Assembly (NCBI RefSeq): GCF_052044285.1
Contig: NZ_JBQEMT010000001.1
Reading direction: 5' to 3' (one strand)
Length of the DNA stretch: 64,000 nucleotides
Source of the DNA: Niabella sp. 22666
GTDB lineage: Bacteria; Bacteroidota; Bacteroidia; Chitinophagales; Chitinophagaceae
In this document: positions 36,162-47,258 of the stretch, piece after piece
How the letters are laid out: every line of letters starts with the position of its first letter
Position numbering within the stretch: position 1 is the stretch's first letter
Notes under the pieces: generated by a model
What the model was told of the DNA's origin: nothing
Database searches by the model: none
Seen by the model: only the letters and a program-made list of their open reading frames with translations
Translations under genes and position numbers: made by a program

Positions 36162-38186
36162 TTAGGATATCTTGCTCCAGATCGTCTTTCCTTTTTGTGA
36201 CTGCAGGAACTCTTTTAAGGGCGCATTTTCGGGCTTAGAAAGATCAGGATCATCGGTTAGTATTTCTTCGGTTACTTTTTTTGCAGCATCAACCATGGCC
36301 CGGTCGTTTACAATATTAGCCAGCTTGAAATCTACGACACCGCTTTGACGGGTACCTTCAATATCGCCGGGGCCACGTAGTTCGAGGTCTTTTTCGGCTA
36401 TTACAAAACCATTGTTGGTAGAGGTCATGATCTTCATACGTTCACGCGCCACATTGCCGAGTTTTTTACCCGTAAGCAAGATACAATAGCTCTTCTCAGC
36501 GCCGCGTCCTACCCTGCCTCTTAACTGGTGCAATTGCGACAACCCGAATTTTTCTGCGCTTTCAATAACCATTACCGACGCATTAGGCACATTTACCCCC
36601 ACTTCAATAACCGTGGTGGAAACCATGATCTGCGTATCATGCTCCACAAAGCGCCGCATATTCTCTTCCTTCTGTATGGCAGGCTGTTTCCCATGCACCA
36701 TACTGATCCAGTATTGGGGCTCAGGAAAATAGGTTTTGATCTCATCATATCCCCTCATCAGGTTTTCATAATCGAGCTTATCACTCTCTTCAATTAAAGG
36801 GAAGATCACATATACTTGCCGGCCCAATGCTATCTCTGCCTTTAAAAAGTCCATCACATTGCTGCGATCATTGTCGAGCCGGTGCACTGTTTGTATGGGT
36901 TGCCTGCCCGGTGGTAATTCATCAATTACACTATAGTCTAAATCGCCATAGGCAGTCATCGCCAGGGTGCGGGGTATCGGCGTTGCCGTCATTACCAATA
37001 TATGCGGCGGCACCTGATTCTTCTCCCATAGCCGGGCCCTTTGCGCTACACCAAAGCGATGCTGTTCGTCTACAATTACCAATCCGAGGTTTTGAAATTG
37101 AACGGAGTCTTCAATTACCGCATGCGTGCCGATCAGCAATTGGATCCGCCCTTCAGCAACGCCGGGTAAAATCGTCTTCCTTTCTTTTGTCTTCACCGAG
37201 CCGGTAAGCAGAGCCACTTCGATGTCCATATCTTTTAAAAGAGATGCAATACCCTGGAAATGCTGTCGGGCAAGGATTTCCGTAGGCGCCATCAATACCG
37301 ACTGATAGCCATTGTCTGCGGCCAGCAACATACAAAGCAGGGCCACTATAGTTTTTCCGCTGCCCACATCTCCCTGCAGCAAACGGTTCATTTGTTTTCC
37401 GCGGGCCGTGTCGTTTCTTATTTCTTTGAGTACCCTTTTTTGTGCCCCCGTTAGTTCAAAGGGCAGATACCGGTTATAAAAGGTATTGAAATGATCGCCC
37501 ACCGCATCAAAAACAACGCCTTTCGAAAACCGGTGCCGTTGAGAACGCAACAGGTTCATACGCATCTGTGCCAGGAAAATCTCTTCGAATTTCAACCGGC
37601 GTAACGCGGCTTCATAGTGCTTTTGTGTTTGGGGAAAATGGATCTGCTGGTAAGCATCAAACCGTGGCATGAGCTTCAACTCTTCCATCATTTTTTGAGG
37701 AAAGTTCTCTGGAATATCCTGTGGTTTAACATGAGGCAACAATAACTGTGTAAGTTTGCCGATCTGTCTCCCGCCCAGGTTTTTAGCCTTGAGCTTTTCG
37801 GTAGAGGGATAGATCGGTTCAAGATAGGCCTTACCTTCAATTTTCTCCGGCGACCATCCTTCAATTTCAGGATGCACCAGCTGCGGCTTACTCATAAACC
37901 AGGACAGTTTACCATATACGATATAGGCCTGCCCTGGCTGCAGCATTTTTTGAATCATATTAACGGCACTAAACCAAACCAGCTCTACCGTTCCTGTTTT
38001 ATCACGAAGTTGTGCAACCAGCCGCCGTGCCCTGTTTTGCCCAATAACCTGGAAAGGTTTCAGTATGCCCGCAAACTGCAGGTATTCGTCCGCAGGAGTA
38101 GCCTCACCAATAGGTGTAAACTTTGTTTTATCTACATGCCGGAAGGGAAAATGTTGCAGCAAATCGTTAAACGTAAAAATTCCCAA
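36162..38186 (-). CDS. recG: ATP-dependent DNA helicase RecG
   Basis: Wedge domain, Walker A GDVGSGKT, DEQH box VIVDEQHRFG and helicase C motifs. Confidence 0.9.
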   Translation of the reverse strand: MGIFTFNDLLQHFPFRHVDKTKFTPIGEATPADEYLQFAGILKPFQVIGQNRARRLVAQLRDKTGTVELVWFSAVNMIQKMLQPGQAYIVYGKLSWFMSKPQLVHPEIEGWSPEKIEGKAYLEPIYPSTEKLKAKNLGGRQIGKLTQLLLPHVKPQDIPENFPQKMMEELKLMPRFDAYQQIHFPQTQKHYEAALRRLKFEEIFLAQMRMNLLRSQRHRFSKGVVFDAVGDHFNTFYNRYLPFELTGAQKRVLKEIRNDTARGKQMNRLLQGDVGSGKTIVALLCMLLAADNGYQSVLMAPTEILARQHFQGIASLLKDMDIEVALLTGSVKTKERKTILPGVAEGRIQLLIGTHAVIEDSVQFQNLGLVIVDEQHRFGVAQRARLWEKNQVPPHILVMTATPIPRTLAMTAYGDLDYSVIDELPPGRQPIQTVHRLDNDRSNVMDFLKAEIALGRQVYVIFPLIEESDKLDYENLMRGYDEIKTYFPEPQYWISMVHGKQPAIQKEENMRRFVEHDTQIMVSTTVIEVGVNVPNASVMVIESAEKFGLSQLHQLRGRVGRGAEKSYCILLTGKKLGNVARERMKIMTSTNNGFVIAEKDLELRGPGDIEGTRQSGVVDFKLANIVNDRAMVDAAKKVTEEILTDDPDLSKPENAPLKEFLQSQKGKTIWSKIS

Positions 38187-38615
38187 TTCTTTTTGCAGCA
38201 GTTCCGCACGCTGAGGCCCTACTCCTTTCAGGTAAGCGATCGGGCTGGATAATATTTGTGAATGCTGCGTAATACTACAAAAGTTATGACCGCGAATTTA
38301 AATGGTATGCCTGATAAAAAGTACGGGAGGTTTTATCTTTGCCGACGATTGCACCAGGAAAATAGCTCCCATCTATTATCTTACGGATCAGGCGCCGTTA
38401 TATCAGGTATAGGTATTGAAATTTGTTAGGTGTCAGGTTTGCCAGGGTGGATTTTAGGTATCATCTTAATTGCCGGGATGTAGATAGTAACGGCAAGAAT
38501 ATGAAACTGCCCGCCTGGCTACGTCATTGCGGCTGATTCAGCACGCAGAACTTCGGAAACTAGTAAAACAGTAAATAGCTTCGCAATAAAAAGCTTCCAG
38601 GCTTTGCCTGCTTAA

Positions 38616-38646
38616 AACAAATACAAAAAATCCCGCATGACGCGGG
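38616..38646 (-). terminator. Rho-independent terminator downstream of the ECF sigma gene
   Basis: The stem atcccgc-atga-gcgggat is followed on the minus strand by a tttttt run. Confidence 0.6.
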
Positions 38647-38654
38647 ATTTGTAT

Positions 38655-39158
38655 TTAATATCGGTTAATCTGCTCTTTTAATAACTTGCGCGCAAAGTGA
38701 ATCCTGCTCTTGATGGTACCCAATGGTTCATCTAAGTATTCAGAAATTTCCTGGTACTTATATCCCTCGAAATACAATTTAAAAGGCACTTTAAAGGTTT
38801 CCGGAAGCGCTTCAACTGCTGCTTCAATTTCCTTCTGCCTTAAACTGCTTTCTGCAGAATTAGATACAGATACCTGCCTCAGGTTGATCAGGTAATCCTC
38901 GGGTGTATTATCGAAAACCGTTCTGCGCTTAGCATTACGACGATAATCGTTAATGAATATATTACGCATGATCGTAAATAACCATGCCTTGATATTAGTA
39001 CCCGAATTGTACTTTTCTTTATTTGCCAGCGCCTTGTACAGGGTTTCCTGATAAAGGTCATTTGCTGTTTCGTTATTTTTTGTAAGGTTAACAGCGAAAG
39101 GTTTTAAAAACCCTGCGTTGTCAACCAATAAATCGCTGAACTCTTTTTCCTTTTCCAT
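38655..39158 (-). CDS. RNA polymerase ECF-type sigma-70 factor with no adjacent anti-sigma gene
   Basis: Region 2 (LYQETLYKALANKEKYN...WLFTIMRNIFINDYRR) and region 4 (YKYQEISEYLDEPLGTIKSRIHFARKLL). Confidence 0.85.
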   Translation of the reverse strand: MEKEKEFSDLLVDNAGFLKPFAVNLTKNNETANDLYQETLYKALANKEKYNSGTNIKAWLFTIMRNIFINDYRRNAKRRTVFDNTPEDYLINLRQVSVSNSAESSLRQKEIEAAVEALPETFKVPFKLYFEGYKYQEISEYLDEPLGTIKSRIHFARKLLKEQINRY

Positions 39159-39427
39159 ACTGCCCGGGGTTTATTCTTGTGAAGAAATGTGACCAAAATT
39201 AATGCTTAAACATCAATCCTTTCTGGCCTGCGGAAAATATTACAAAAACTTTACCGAACACGATTGCGTGACAATACTACAGTTTACACATTTGAATCTT
39301 CCGTAAATGGCAGTTTTGAACTGCTATACTGCCACTTGAGCCTTCAAAATCAGGTCGTCGGGATATAGACGTATTAGGTACCTTAAAAGTTCGCTCTCTC
39401 TAAAATATTAATTATGAGACCTATTAA

Positions 39428-40408
39428 TTATTTGGACGATGCAAATTCTTTGGGTTGTTTAAACCATTCTTCGGGTGGTAACGACTTGAAATAATTATAA
39501 GTATCCTTCAGTCCTTCGGCCCGGTTTACCTTAGGCTCCCAATTGAGGATAGCTTTAGCCTTGGTAATGTCCGGTTTCCTTTGCTTGGGATCATCCACCG
39601 GCAGTGGTTTATAAATAATTTTTACCGCATTACCCGTTAAAGACAATACTTCTTCAGCAAAATCCTTAAGCGAGATCTCGTCAGGATTACCAATATTAAC
39701 CGGGTTCACATAATCACTTAATAATAAACGATATATACCTTCTACCAGGTCACTTACATAACAAAAGCTACGAGTTTGAGACCCATCGCCAAAAACAGTA
39801 ATATTTTCACCTCTTAATGCCTGGCCAATAAATGCCGGAAGTGCACGCCCATCGTTAAGCCGCATGCGCGGGCCATAGGTATTGAAAATTCTGATTATAC
39901 GTGTTTCAACTTTATGAAAAGTATGGTAAGCCATGGTGATTGACTCCATGTACCGTTTGGCCTCATCATATACCCCTCTCGGACCTACAGGGTTTACATT
40001 TCCCCAGTATTCCTCTGTTTGAGGATGAACCAATGGGTCTCCATACACCTCACTGGTAGAAGCCACCAGGATTCGGGCACCTTTAGCCTTGGCCAGGCCC
40101 AGGCAATTGTGTGTACCCATTGCACCCACTTTCAAAGTTTGAATGGGTATTTTGAGATAGTCTATCGGGCTGGCCGGAGACGCAAAATGAAGAATATAGT
40201 CTAGGCTACCAGGAATATGAATATACTTGGTAACATCGTGATGATAAAATTCAAAATCCGGATTAGGAAAAAGATGTTCCAGGTTTTTCAGATCGCCGGT
40301 GATCAGGTTGTCCATTGCTATTACATGATAGCCTTCTTTCATAAACCGGTCGCACAGGTGAGAACCCAAAAAACCGGCAGCTCCTGTAATTAATACTCTT
40401 TTCTTCAT
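39428..40408 (-). CDS. UDP-glucuronate decarboxylase (UDP-xylose synthase) family NAD-dependent epimerase/dehydratase
   Basis: [22 protein letters not shown]... with a YxxxK catalytic motif. The sequence is UXS-like throughout. Confidence 0.8.
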   Translation of the reverse strand: MKKRVLITGAAGFLGSHLCDRFMKEGYHVIAMDNLITGDLKNLEHLFPNPDFEFYHHDVTKYIHIPGSLDYILHFASPASPIDYLKIPIQTLKVGAMGTHNCLGLAKAKGARILVASTSEVYGDPLVHPQTEEYWGNVNPVGPRGVYDEAKRYMESITMAYHTFHKVETRIIRIFNTYGPRMRLNDGRALPAFIGQALRGENITVFGDGSQTRSFCYVSDLVEGIYRLLLSDYVNPVNIGNPDEISLKDFAEEVLSLTGNAVKIIYKPLPVDDPKQRKPDITKAKAILNWEPKVNRAEGLKDTYNYFKSLPPEEWFKQPKEFASSK

Positions 40409-40411
40409 TTC

Positions 40412-41734
40412 TTAGTTTTTACCGTTGACAATTTTACGCCCGATGCTATTGTAATAAAATCCCAGCTCTTCCATTTTTTCCAGGCTGTACACGTTTCTTC
40501 CATCAAATACCACTTTAGACTTCAGATTTTTTACCATACGCTCAAAATCAGGATTTCTAAATTCACTCCATTCTGTAACAATCAATAAGGCATCTGCCTC
40601 TTTCAAGCCCACATACTGGTCTTTCGCATACTTGATTTTGTTACCGAACAAAGCTTTCACATTTGTCATTGCTTCCGGGTCAAAAACAGTAACCTCAGCG
40701 CCGGCATTTAAAAGCTCATTGATCAATTCTAAAGCAGGAGCATCTCTGATATCATCTGTTTCCGGTTTAAAAGCTAAGCCCCACATGGCGAATTTTTTGC
40801 CCTTCAGGCTATTTTTATAAAACCTTTTTATTTTTCCAAACAGTACCTTTTTCTGGTTTTTGTTCACCTTCATTACAGTGTCCAGCAATTTAAACTCGTA
40901 TTTATTTTGTTTTGAAGTATGGTGCAAGGCCAGTACATCTTTGGGGAAGCAGCTTCCACCGTAACCAATACCGGGGAACAGGAAACGCTTACCAATACGA
41001 CTATCGCTTCCGATACCAATACGAACCAGGTCAACATTAGCTCCTGTTAACTCGCATAGATTGGCGACTTCGTTCATATAAGAAATACGCATAGCCAGGT
41101 AAGAATTGGCAACATACTTGGTCATTTCTGAGCTGCGTTCATCCATAAAATATATAGGATTGCCCTGGCGTACAAATGGCTGGTATAGCTCATTCATTAC
41201 ATCCCGCGCTCTGTCAGAAGAGGTACCAATTACTACTCTATCAGGTTTTAAAAAGTCGTCAACAGCAATACCTTCCCGTAAAAACTCGGGGTTAGACACC
41301 ACATCAAAAAGTTCAGGAGCAAGCTTTCTTCCCAGAACTTCTGCTACCTTTTCGGCAGTACCAACAGGAACCGTGCTTTTATTAACGATTACTTTATATT
41401 CCCTGATGATCTTTGACAGGTCTTCGGCTACATTCAAAATGTATTTCAAATCAGCAGAACCATCTTCCCCCGGAGGAGTAGGTAATGCTAAAAAGATAAT
41501 ATCCGATTTATCTACTGCGGCTTTTAAATCTGTAGTAAACAGAATTCGTTTCTCTTTAATATTTCTCTGAAGCAGTACATCTAAACCGGGTTCATATATG
41601 GGGCATTTCCCCTTTTTTAACTGTTCTATTTTCGCTTTGTTCACATCTACGCAGTTTACAACATTCCCGGTTTCGGCGAAACAGGTACCGGTTACTAATC
41701 CAACATAACCTGTTCCGACTACAGCTATTTTCAT
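40412..41734 (-). CDS. ugd: UDP-glucose 6-dehydrogenase
   Basis: MKIAVVGTGYVGLVTGTCFAETGN and the catalytic GGSCFPKD motif. Confidence 0.9.
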   Translation of the reverse strand: MKIAVVGTGYVGLVTGTCFAETGNVVNCVDVNKAKIEQLKKGKCPIYEPGLDVLLQRNIKEKRILFTTDLKAAVDKSDIIFLALPTPPGEDGSADLKYILNVAEDLSKIIREYKVIVNKSTVPVGTAEKVAEVLGRKLAPELFDVVSNPEFLREGIAVDDFLKPDRVVIGTSSDRARDVMNELYQPFVRQGNPIYFMDERSSEMTKYVANSYLAMRISYMNEVANLCELTGANVDLVRIGIGSDSRIGKRFLFPGIGYGGSCFPKDVLALHHTSKQNKYEFKLLDTVMKVNKNQKKVLFGKIKRFYKNSLKGKKFAMWGLAFKPETDDIRDAPALELINELLNAGAEVTVFDPEAMTNVKALFGNKIKYAKDQYVGLKEADALLIVTEWSEFRNPDFERMVKNLKSKVVFDGRNVYSLEKMEELGFYYNSIGRKIVNGKN

Positions 41735-41880
41735 ATTAAAATTTTATTGATAAATATTGCCGCTATTGTTATATCGGCAATTTAGAAGGCTTTTATTAAT
41801 TTGGTTTATTACCAGCAAATGTATCCTTAAAATAAGAATTTATGACCTTTGAATACTTAAATCAGGAAAATCTTTATAGG

Positions 41881-42735
41881 TTACAGCCTTTTCAGATACT
41901 CTCCATACCCACTTTTAATCAACTCATCACCTAATACATGCAGCTGCTCTTTGTTGATAAACCCGTTACGCCAGGCGATTTCTTCAATACATCCTATTTT
42001 AGTTCCCTGCCTCTTTTCAATCACCCGTACAAATTCAGCAGCATCTGTCAGTGAGTCGAAAGTTCCCGTATCCAGCCAGGCAGTGCCCCTGTCTAAAACC
42101 GCAACATGCAGTTTCTCGTCCTTCAAATAAATTTTATTGACATCTGTAATTTCATACTCACCGCGGGCTGAAGGTTCTAACTGCCGCGCGATATCTACAA
42201 CAGAATTGTCATAAAAATAGAGTCCCGGAACGGCAAAATTAGATTTAGGTTGTTGAGGCTTTTCTTCTATGGAAATGGCCTTACTGTTTTCATCAAACTC
42301 AACTACGCCGTATCTCTCCGGATCACTTACCTGGTAGGCAAAAACATATCCTCCATCTACATCCGTTAATTTTTTCAGCTGGGTTCCCAAACCAGAGCCG
42401 TAAAAAATATTATCTCCTAAAACAAGCGCTACTTTATCGTTCCCTATAAATTCGGCACCAATAACAAAAGCTTGCGCCAGGCCGTTGGGAACTTCCTGCA
42501 CTGCATACTCAAACCTGCAGCCAACGCGTGACCCATCTCCCAATAGTCTTTGAAAACCTGCATTATCCTCCGGTGTGGTGATGATCAACACCTCGTTGAT
42601 ACCCGCCATCATCAATACAGACAAAGGATAATAGATCATCGGTTTATCGTAAATGGGCATTAATTGTTTGCTGATCGCCTTCGTAATAGGATACAAACGC
42701 GTACCGGATCCGCCGGCCAGGATAATTCCTTTCAT
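41881..42735 (-). CDS. rfbA: Glucose-1-phosphate thymidylyltransferase
   Basis: [38 protein letters not shown]. Confidence 0.9.
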   Translation of the reverse strand: MKGIILAGGSGTRLYPITKAISKQLMPIYDKPMIYYPLSVLMMAGINEVLIITTPEDNAGFQRLLGDGSRVGCRFEYAVQEVPNGLAQAFVIGAEFIGNDKVALVLGDNIFYGSGLGTQLKKLTDVDGGYVFAYQVSDPERYGVVEFDENSKAISIEEKPQQPKSNFAVPGLYFYDNSVVDIARQLEPSARGEYEITDVNKIYLKDEKLHVAVLDRGTAWLDTGTFDSLTDAAEFVRVIEKRQGTKIGCIEEIAWRNGFINKEQLHVLGDELIKSGYGEYLKRL

Positions 42736-42803
42736 TGTTCGTGATTTTAGACGTTAGATATTAGATGCCAGACTTTAGATAGTGGGAAAGTAAATAATTA
42801 TCA

Positions 42804-43163
42804 TTAAAGAGAAGTTGCAAGCGTTTGTTGCAAACCGCGATTCATTTTTTGAATTTCATCAAGCTGACTTAATAAGTCCTCGGTAAGACCATCATTAAGT
42901 AATGCCACTCTATTTGCAATAACTATGTGTGTTTGTAATTCGTAAGATGATCCGTTGGCAATTGCCAGAAAATGTATAAATTCTTTATTTGAATTTCTAC
43001 CAGCACCCTCTGATATATTAGCAGCTACAGACACTGCAGAACGCTTCATCTGTGTATTCAATCCAAATAGTTCATCTTTAGGAAACGAAGTAGTAGCCTT
43101 GTACACATCCACACAAACGTCAATAGCTTTCTGCCAAATCTTTAATTCTTTGAAATTATGCAT
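42804..43163 (-). CDS. Four-helix-bundle protein (TIGR02436 / 23S rRNA-IVS protein family) inserted between rfbA and rfbB
   Basis: KELKIWQKAIDVCVDVYKATTSFPKDELFGLNTQMKRSAVSVAANISEGAGRNSNKEFIHFL is the classic signature. Confidence 0.8.
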   Translation of the reverse strand: MHNFKELKIWQKAIDVCVDVYKATTSFPKDELFGLNTQMKRSAVSVAANISEGAGRNSNKEFIHFLAIANGSSYELQTHIVIANRVALLNDGLTEDLLSQLDEIQKMNRGLQQTLATSL

Positions 43164-43244
43164 AGTTGCGGTTTATATTAATTGGGAAAAATATGGGTTA
43201 GAAGACGCCATTCCATATAGCGTCTAATGTCTAACTTCTATAGT

Positions 43245-44312
43245 CTAATGCTTAGCATCTTCCGCATACTGTTTTTCATAATATTTCTGATAATCACCAC
43301 TGGTTACATTTTCAAGCCATTCTTTATTGCTTAAAAACCAGTCGATGGTTTTGGACAAACCTTCTTCAAAAGTTACGGAAGGAGACCAGCCCAATTCTTT
43401 ATTGATTTTAGTAGCGTCGATCGCATATCGTAAATCATGACCGGGACGGTCTTTTACGAAAGTAATCAGTTGCTCACTGGTGCCAGATTCACGACCCAAT
43501 TTCTCATCCATTTGCTTGCAAAGCAGCTTTACCAAATCAATATTCTTCCATTCATTAAATCCGCCTACGTTGTATTTTTCGCTGTCTTTCCCTTCATGAA
43601 AAACTAAATCGATTGCTCTTGCATGGTCAATTACATACAACCAGTCGCGGGTATACTTACCATCTCCATAAACCGGAAGCGGTTTATTATTGATGATATT
43701 GTGAATCATCAGCGGAATTAACTTCTCGGGAAAATGATTGGGCCCATAGTTATTGGAACAGTTGGTTAAAACCACAGGGAGACCATAAGTATCGGCATAA
43801 GCATATACAAAATGATCTGAAGAAGCTTTAGATGCAGAATAAGGGGAATGAGGATCGTAGGAAGTTTCTTCTGTAAAAAAACCGGTATCTCCTAAAGCGC
43901 CATATACCTCATCGGTTGAGACATGATGAAATCTTTTACCCTCGTAATTATCCTTCCACAATTCTTTGGCTGCGTTCAGCAGGTTTACTGTACCGATTAC
44001 GTTCGTATATACAAAATCTAATGGAGAGGTGATTGACCTGTCTACATGACTTTCAGCAGCAAGGTGAATAACCCCATCGGGATTATGCTTTTGAAAAACC
44101 GCTTTCACTGCTTCAGCGTCTACAATATTGGCTTTTTCAAAAATATAGTTTGGCTCGTCCTGAATATCTTGCAGATTTTCAAGGTTACCCGCATAAGTAA
44201 GGGCATCAAGGTTCACTATTTTATAGTCAGGGTACTTATTTACAAATAATCTCACCACATGTGAGCCAATAAAACCAGCTCCACCAGTAATAACAATGGT
44301 CTTTTTAGCCAT
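43245..44312 (-). CDS. rfbB: dTDP-glucose 4,6-dehydratase
   Basis: MAKKTIVITGGAGFIGSHVVRLF... with a YSASK catalytic motif. Confidence 0.9.
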   Translation of the reverse strand: MAKKTIVITGGAGFIGSHVVRLFVNKYPDYKIVNLDALTYAGNLENLQDIQDEPNYIFEKANIVDAEAVKAVFQKHNPDGVIHLAAESHVDRSITSPLDFVYTNVIGTVNLLNAAKELWKDNYEGKRFHHVSTDEVYGALGDTGFFTEETSYDPHSPYSASKASSDHFVYAYADTYGLPVVLTNCSNNYGPNHFPEKLIPLMIHNIINNKPLPVYGDGKYTRDWLYVIDHARAIDLVFHEGKDSEKYNVGGFNEWKNIDLVKLLCKQMDEKLGRESGTSEQLITFVKDRPGHDLRYAIDATKINKELGWSPSVTFEEGLSKTIDWFLSNKEWLENVTSGDYQKYYEKQYAEDAKH

Positions 44313-44467
44313 AGATTTCTAATATTTTTTTATATAAACCGAATAGTGTGCAAATATAACAGTATGGTCGTTTACCATGAAATTCATGTTTCTCCGCTGT
44401 TGATTGTTAGTTTTATCCTATTTCCTCCCTTTAAATAGTATATTTATAGCTCTTATCATATTAAATA

Positions 44468-45628
44468 ATGAAGACACGCTACCGTTCTTTAGATATTTTC
44501 AGAGGTGCTACTGTATGCCTCATGATTCTTGTAAATAACCCTGGCAGCTGGTCACAGATTTTTGCTCCGCTAAAACATGCACCCTGGCATGGTCTTACGC
44601 CTACCGACCTGGTTTTTCCCTTTTTTCTTTTTGCAGTTGGCAACGCTATGGCATTTGTATTACCCCGGTTAAAAGAGCAAGGCCCCGGTGTATTCTGGCG
44701 CAAAGTAATGAAACGTTCCATCCTCATTTTTGCTATAGGTCTTTTTTTGAACTGGTACCCATTTGTAAGATGGCATGAGGGCAGCCTGGAATTTATTGGC
44801 TGGGTAAATCAACACAACAATGAAAAAGGCGTGCGCATTTTCGGCGTTTTGCAACGTATTGCCGTATGTTACCTTTTTGCATCAATTATCGTTTTTTATC
44901 TGAAACCCAAAGCTGCCTGGTTTTTCTCGCTGGTGCTCTTGCTGGCATACTGGGTCATTTGTCTGCTGGGCAATCCAACAGATCCCTATAGCTTAGAAGG
45001 TTGGTTTGGCACCAATATAGACAAAGCTATTCTTGGTATTTCGCACATGTATAAAGGAGAAGGTGTGCCCTTTGATCCCGAAGGGTTATTAAGCACCATA
45101 CCCGCTATTGTCGAGGTTATTTTTGGCTTTTTTGTAGGGTCATATATTAAGAATACCGCGAGTTCAACAGAGCCTTCGTCTATTTATAAAATGCTGACCG
45201 GGTTATTTGTTGCAGGAGTAGCATTGTTGCTTACCGGGTTTTGCTGGGATATGGTTTTTCCTATTAATAAAAAGATATGGACCAGTTCCTATACCGTGTA
45301 TACGGTTGGGTTGGCAATTATTACCTTAAGCACTATGATCTATTTGATCGAAGTGAAAAACTACAAAGGCTTTCCTACCCGTTTTTTTGAAGTATTTGGC
45401 AAAAATGCCTTGTTTATTTTTTCCCTGAGCGCCTTTTTACCCAAAACTGCTGGTCTTTTTACTTCGGATGAGGGCGTTAATTTCTGGAATTTTCTTTACA
45501 AGAAGATTTATATCAATATCCCGGGTGATCCTAAATTTGGGTCATTGATGTATGCATTAACAGTTATTCTTTTTATGTGGGCAATTTGCTGGTGGCTGGA
45601 TAAAAAGAAGATCTATATAAAAGTCTAA
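44468..45628 (+). CDS. HGSNAT-like / DUF5009 (DUF1624) family membrane acyltransferase-like protein
   Basis: RSLDIFRGATVCLMILVNNPGSW...HAPWHGLTPTDLVFPFFLF and about 10 TM helices. Confidence 0.6.
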   Translation: MKTRYRSLDIFRGATVCLMILVNNPGSWSQIFAPLKHAPWHGLTPTDLVFPFFLFAVGNAMAFVLPRLKEQGPGVFWRKVMKRSILIFAIGLFLNWYPFVRWHEGSLEFIGWVNQHNNEKGVRIFGVLQRIAVCYLFASIIVFYLKPKAAWFFSLVLLLAYWVICLLGNPTDPYSLEGWFGTNIDKAILGISHMYKGEGVPFDPEGLLSTIPAIVEVIFGFFVGSYIKNTASSTEPSSIYKMLTGLFVAGVALLLTGFCWDMVFPINKKIWTSSYTVYTVGLAIITLSTMIYLIEVKNYKGFPTRFFEVFGKNALFIFSLSAFLPKTAGLFTSDEGVNFWNFLYKKIYINIPGDPKFGSLMYALTVILFMWAICWWLDKKKIYIKV

Positions 45629-46200
45629 TAGGTCATAACAAGATTCTGAAATGTCATTCTCTTTAATATCTGCCAGCTAGTAAACCCTTCCATGCGTTTA
45701 AGCAGCAACATTTCGTTGGCTATGAAAGTAGCGGAAAAGCTCTTTTTCTCATACTCCTCCCAGCTTTTAATAAATTGAAAAGCCTGAAGGCCTTTAGCCA
45801 AAGTCACACGAGGTATTTTATTAATCCGAACCTGGGGTACCTGAGAGAGCACTGCCCCGATCTGATCTGATAAAAGCTGGAGCGGTATTAGGTTTTCGAT
45901 TCCTATGTAAATTTCCCTTTGCTCGTGTTCACCAAAATTTTTAAGATGCAATTTAAAGGGCATTGATCCTAAAGCAATTCGGTCCACCTGATCAATGGTG
46001 GCCTGTTCGTTGGATTCGTAATCACTAAACTCAGCCAGATAAATAAACGGCTGTCCGCCTGCAATCACCATTCCCTTATACTGTTCATCAAACAGTGTCT
46101 TTGCCTCTGCAATTTTCTTCTTGACTGCTGGCGTGGGATCAATAATTAACCGGTAATCATTTAACGGATTATATGTGGTTATCAATTCCTGCATAATCAT
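45625..46200 (-). CDS. Hypothetical protein; possible 2H-phosphoesterase/LigT-like fold (weak)
   Basis: 191 aa with one clear H-x-K/T-like motif (KLHLKNF). The second motif is degenerate. Confidence 0.3.
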   Translation of the reverse strand: MIMQELITTYNPLNDYRLIIDPTPAVKKKIAEAKTLFDEQYKGMVIAGGQPFIYLAEFSDYESNEQATIDQVDRIALGSMPFKLHLKNFGEHEQREIYIGIENLIPLQLLSDQIGAVLSQVPQVRINKIPRVTLAKGLQAFQFIKSWEEYEKKSFSATFIANEMLLLKRMEGFTSWQILKRMTFQNLVMTY

Positions 46201-46298
46201 TTATACATAGTAATATAACAATACTTATGCCATCTGCCAATTAAAAAAATACTAAAATCATAAGCCAAACCGTTGCTAAACCTATTTTTGCAGCAATT

Positions 46299-47183
46299 AT
46301 GAACAGTCAGAATAATTACAACGGTCCGGATAAAACAGGTAGTCTAAAGAGAAATCACTTCTCATTCTTATTCATAGGGTTAGCGCTGGTAATGATGCAG
46401 GCTTCATGCACCCAGAATAATGTGAAGGAAGACAATACCCCTAAGAAGTATTTTGATGCGCATCAGCTGAATGGCTGTTTTGCGCTATATAATAATGGTA
46501 CCGGGCTATTTACAGTTTACAACCTGAAACGCTACCGGGACAGCACTTATTTACCCGCTTCTACTTTTAAGATCATCAATTCTTTAATAGGCCTGCAAAC
46601 AGGTAAGATCTCGAGCGATAGTATGGTGATTCCGTGGGACGGCATTACACGCAATATACCCGATTGGAACAAAGATCTGAATATGTACCAGGCGTTTAGA
46701 GTTTCGGCAGTGCCTTATTACCAGGAGGTAGCCCGCCGGATTGGAAAGGACACCATGCAATTCTGGCTGGATTCTTTGAAATATGGTGCCGGTAAGGACA
46801 AGAAAACTTACAAAATTTCAAAAATAGATAGCTTCTGGCTTGATAATACTGTTAAGATAACGCCCGATCAAAATTTGGGAATCGTAAAAAAACTATATTT
46901 TGATGAGCTTCCCTTTTTTAAGGTATACCAGCAAAAAGTAAAGCATGCCATGTTATTTGAAGACAACTCTAATTACAGACTGGGCTATAAAACCGGTTGG
47001 GGTACAACTGACAAAGGGCATGCCTTAGGCTGGATTGTAGGCTGGATTGAGGAGAATAAACATCCTTACTTCTTTGTACTAAACGTAGAATCTGCTGACC
47101 CTAACTATGATATGAAGGATGTGCGGCTTAAAATTCTTAAGGATATTTTAAAAGAATACGGCTTTTTCCAAGGCGCAATGTAA
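46299..47183 (+). CDS. Class D (OXA-type) beta-lactamase-fold lipoprotein (a BlaR1 sensor-like penicillin-binding domain is also possible)
   Basis: Motifs STFK (PASTFKIINSL), SxV (SAVPYY) and KTG (YKTGWG), with a lipoprotein-like N-terminus ...QASCTQ. Confidence 0.7.
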   Translation: MNSQNNYNGPDKTGSLKRNHFSFLFIGLALVMMQASCTQNNVKEDNTPKKYFDAHQLNGCFALYNNGTGLFTVYNLKRYRDSTYLPASTFKIINSLIGLQTGKISSDSMVIPWDGITRNIPDWNKDLNMYQAFRVSAVPYYQEVARRIGKDTMQFWLDSLKYGAGKDKKTYKISKIDSFWLDNTVKITPDQNLGIVKKLYFDELPFFKVYQQKVKHAMLFEDNSNYRLGYKTGWGTTDKGHALGWIVGWIEENKHPYFFVLNVESADPNYDMKDVRLKILKDILKEYGFFQGAM

Positions 47184-47258
47184 AAGCCTGTTTCTTAATT
47201 TTGTAGAACCCTGTGTTATTGGCAGGAAAGTTGAATCATTGGGATAAACTCAAATATA

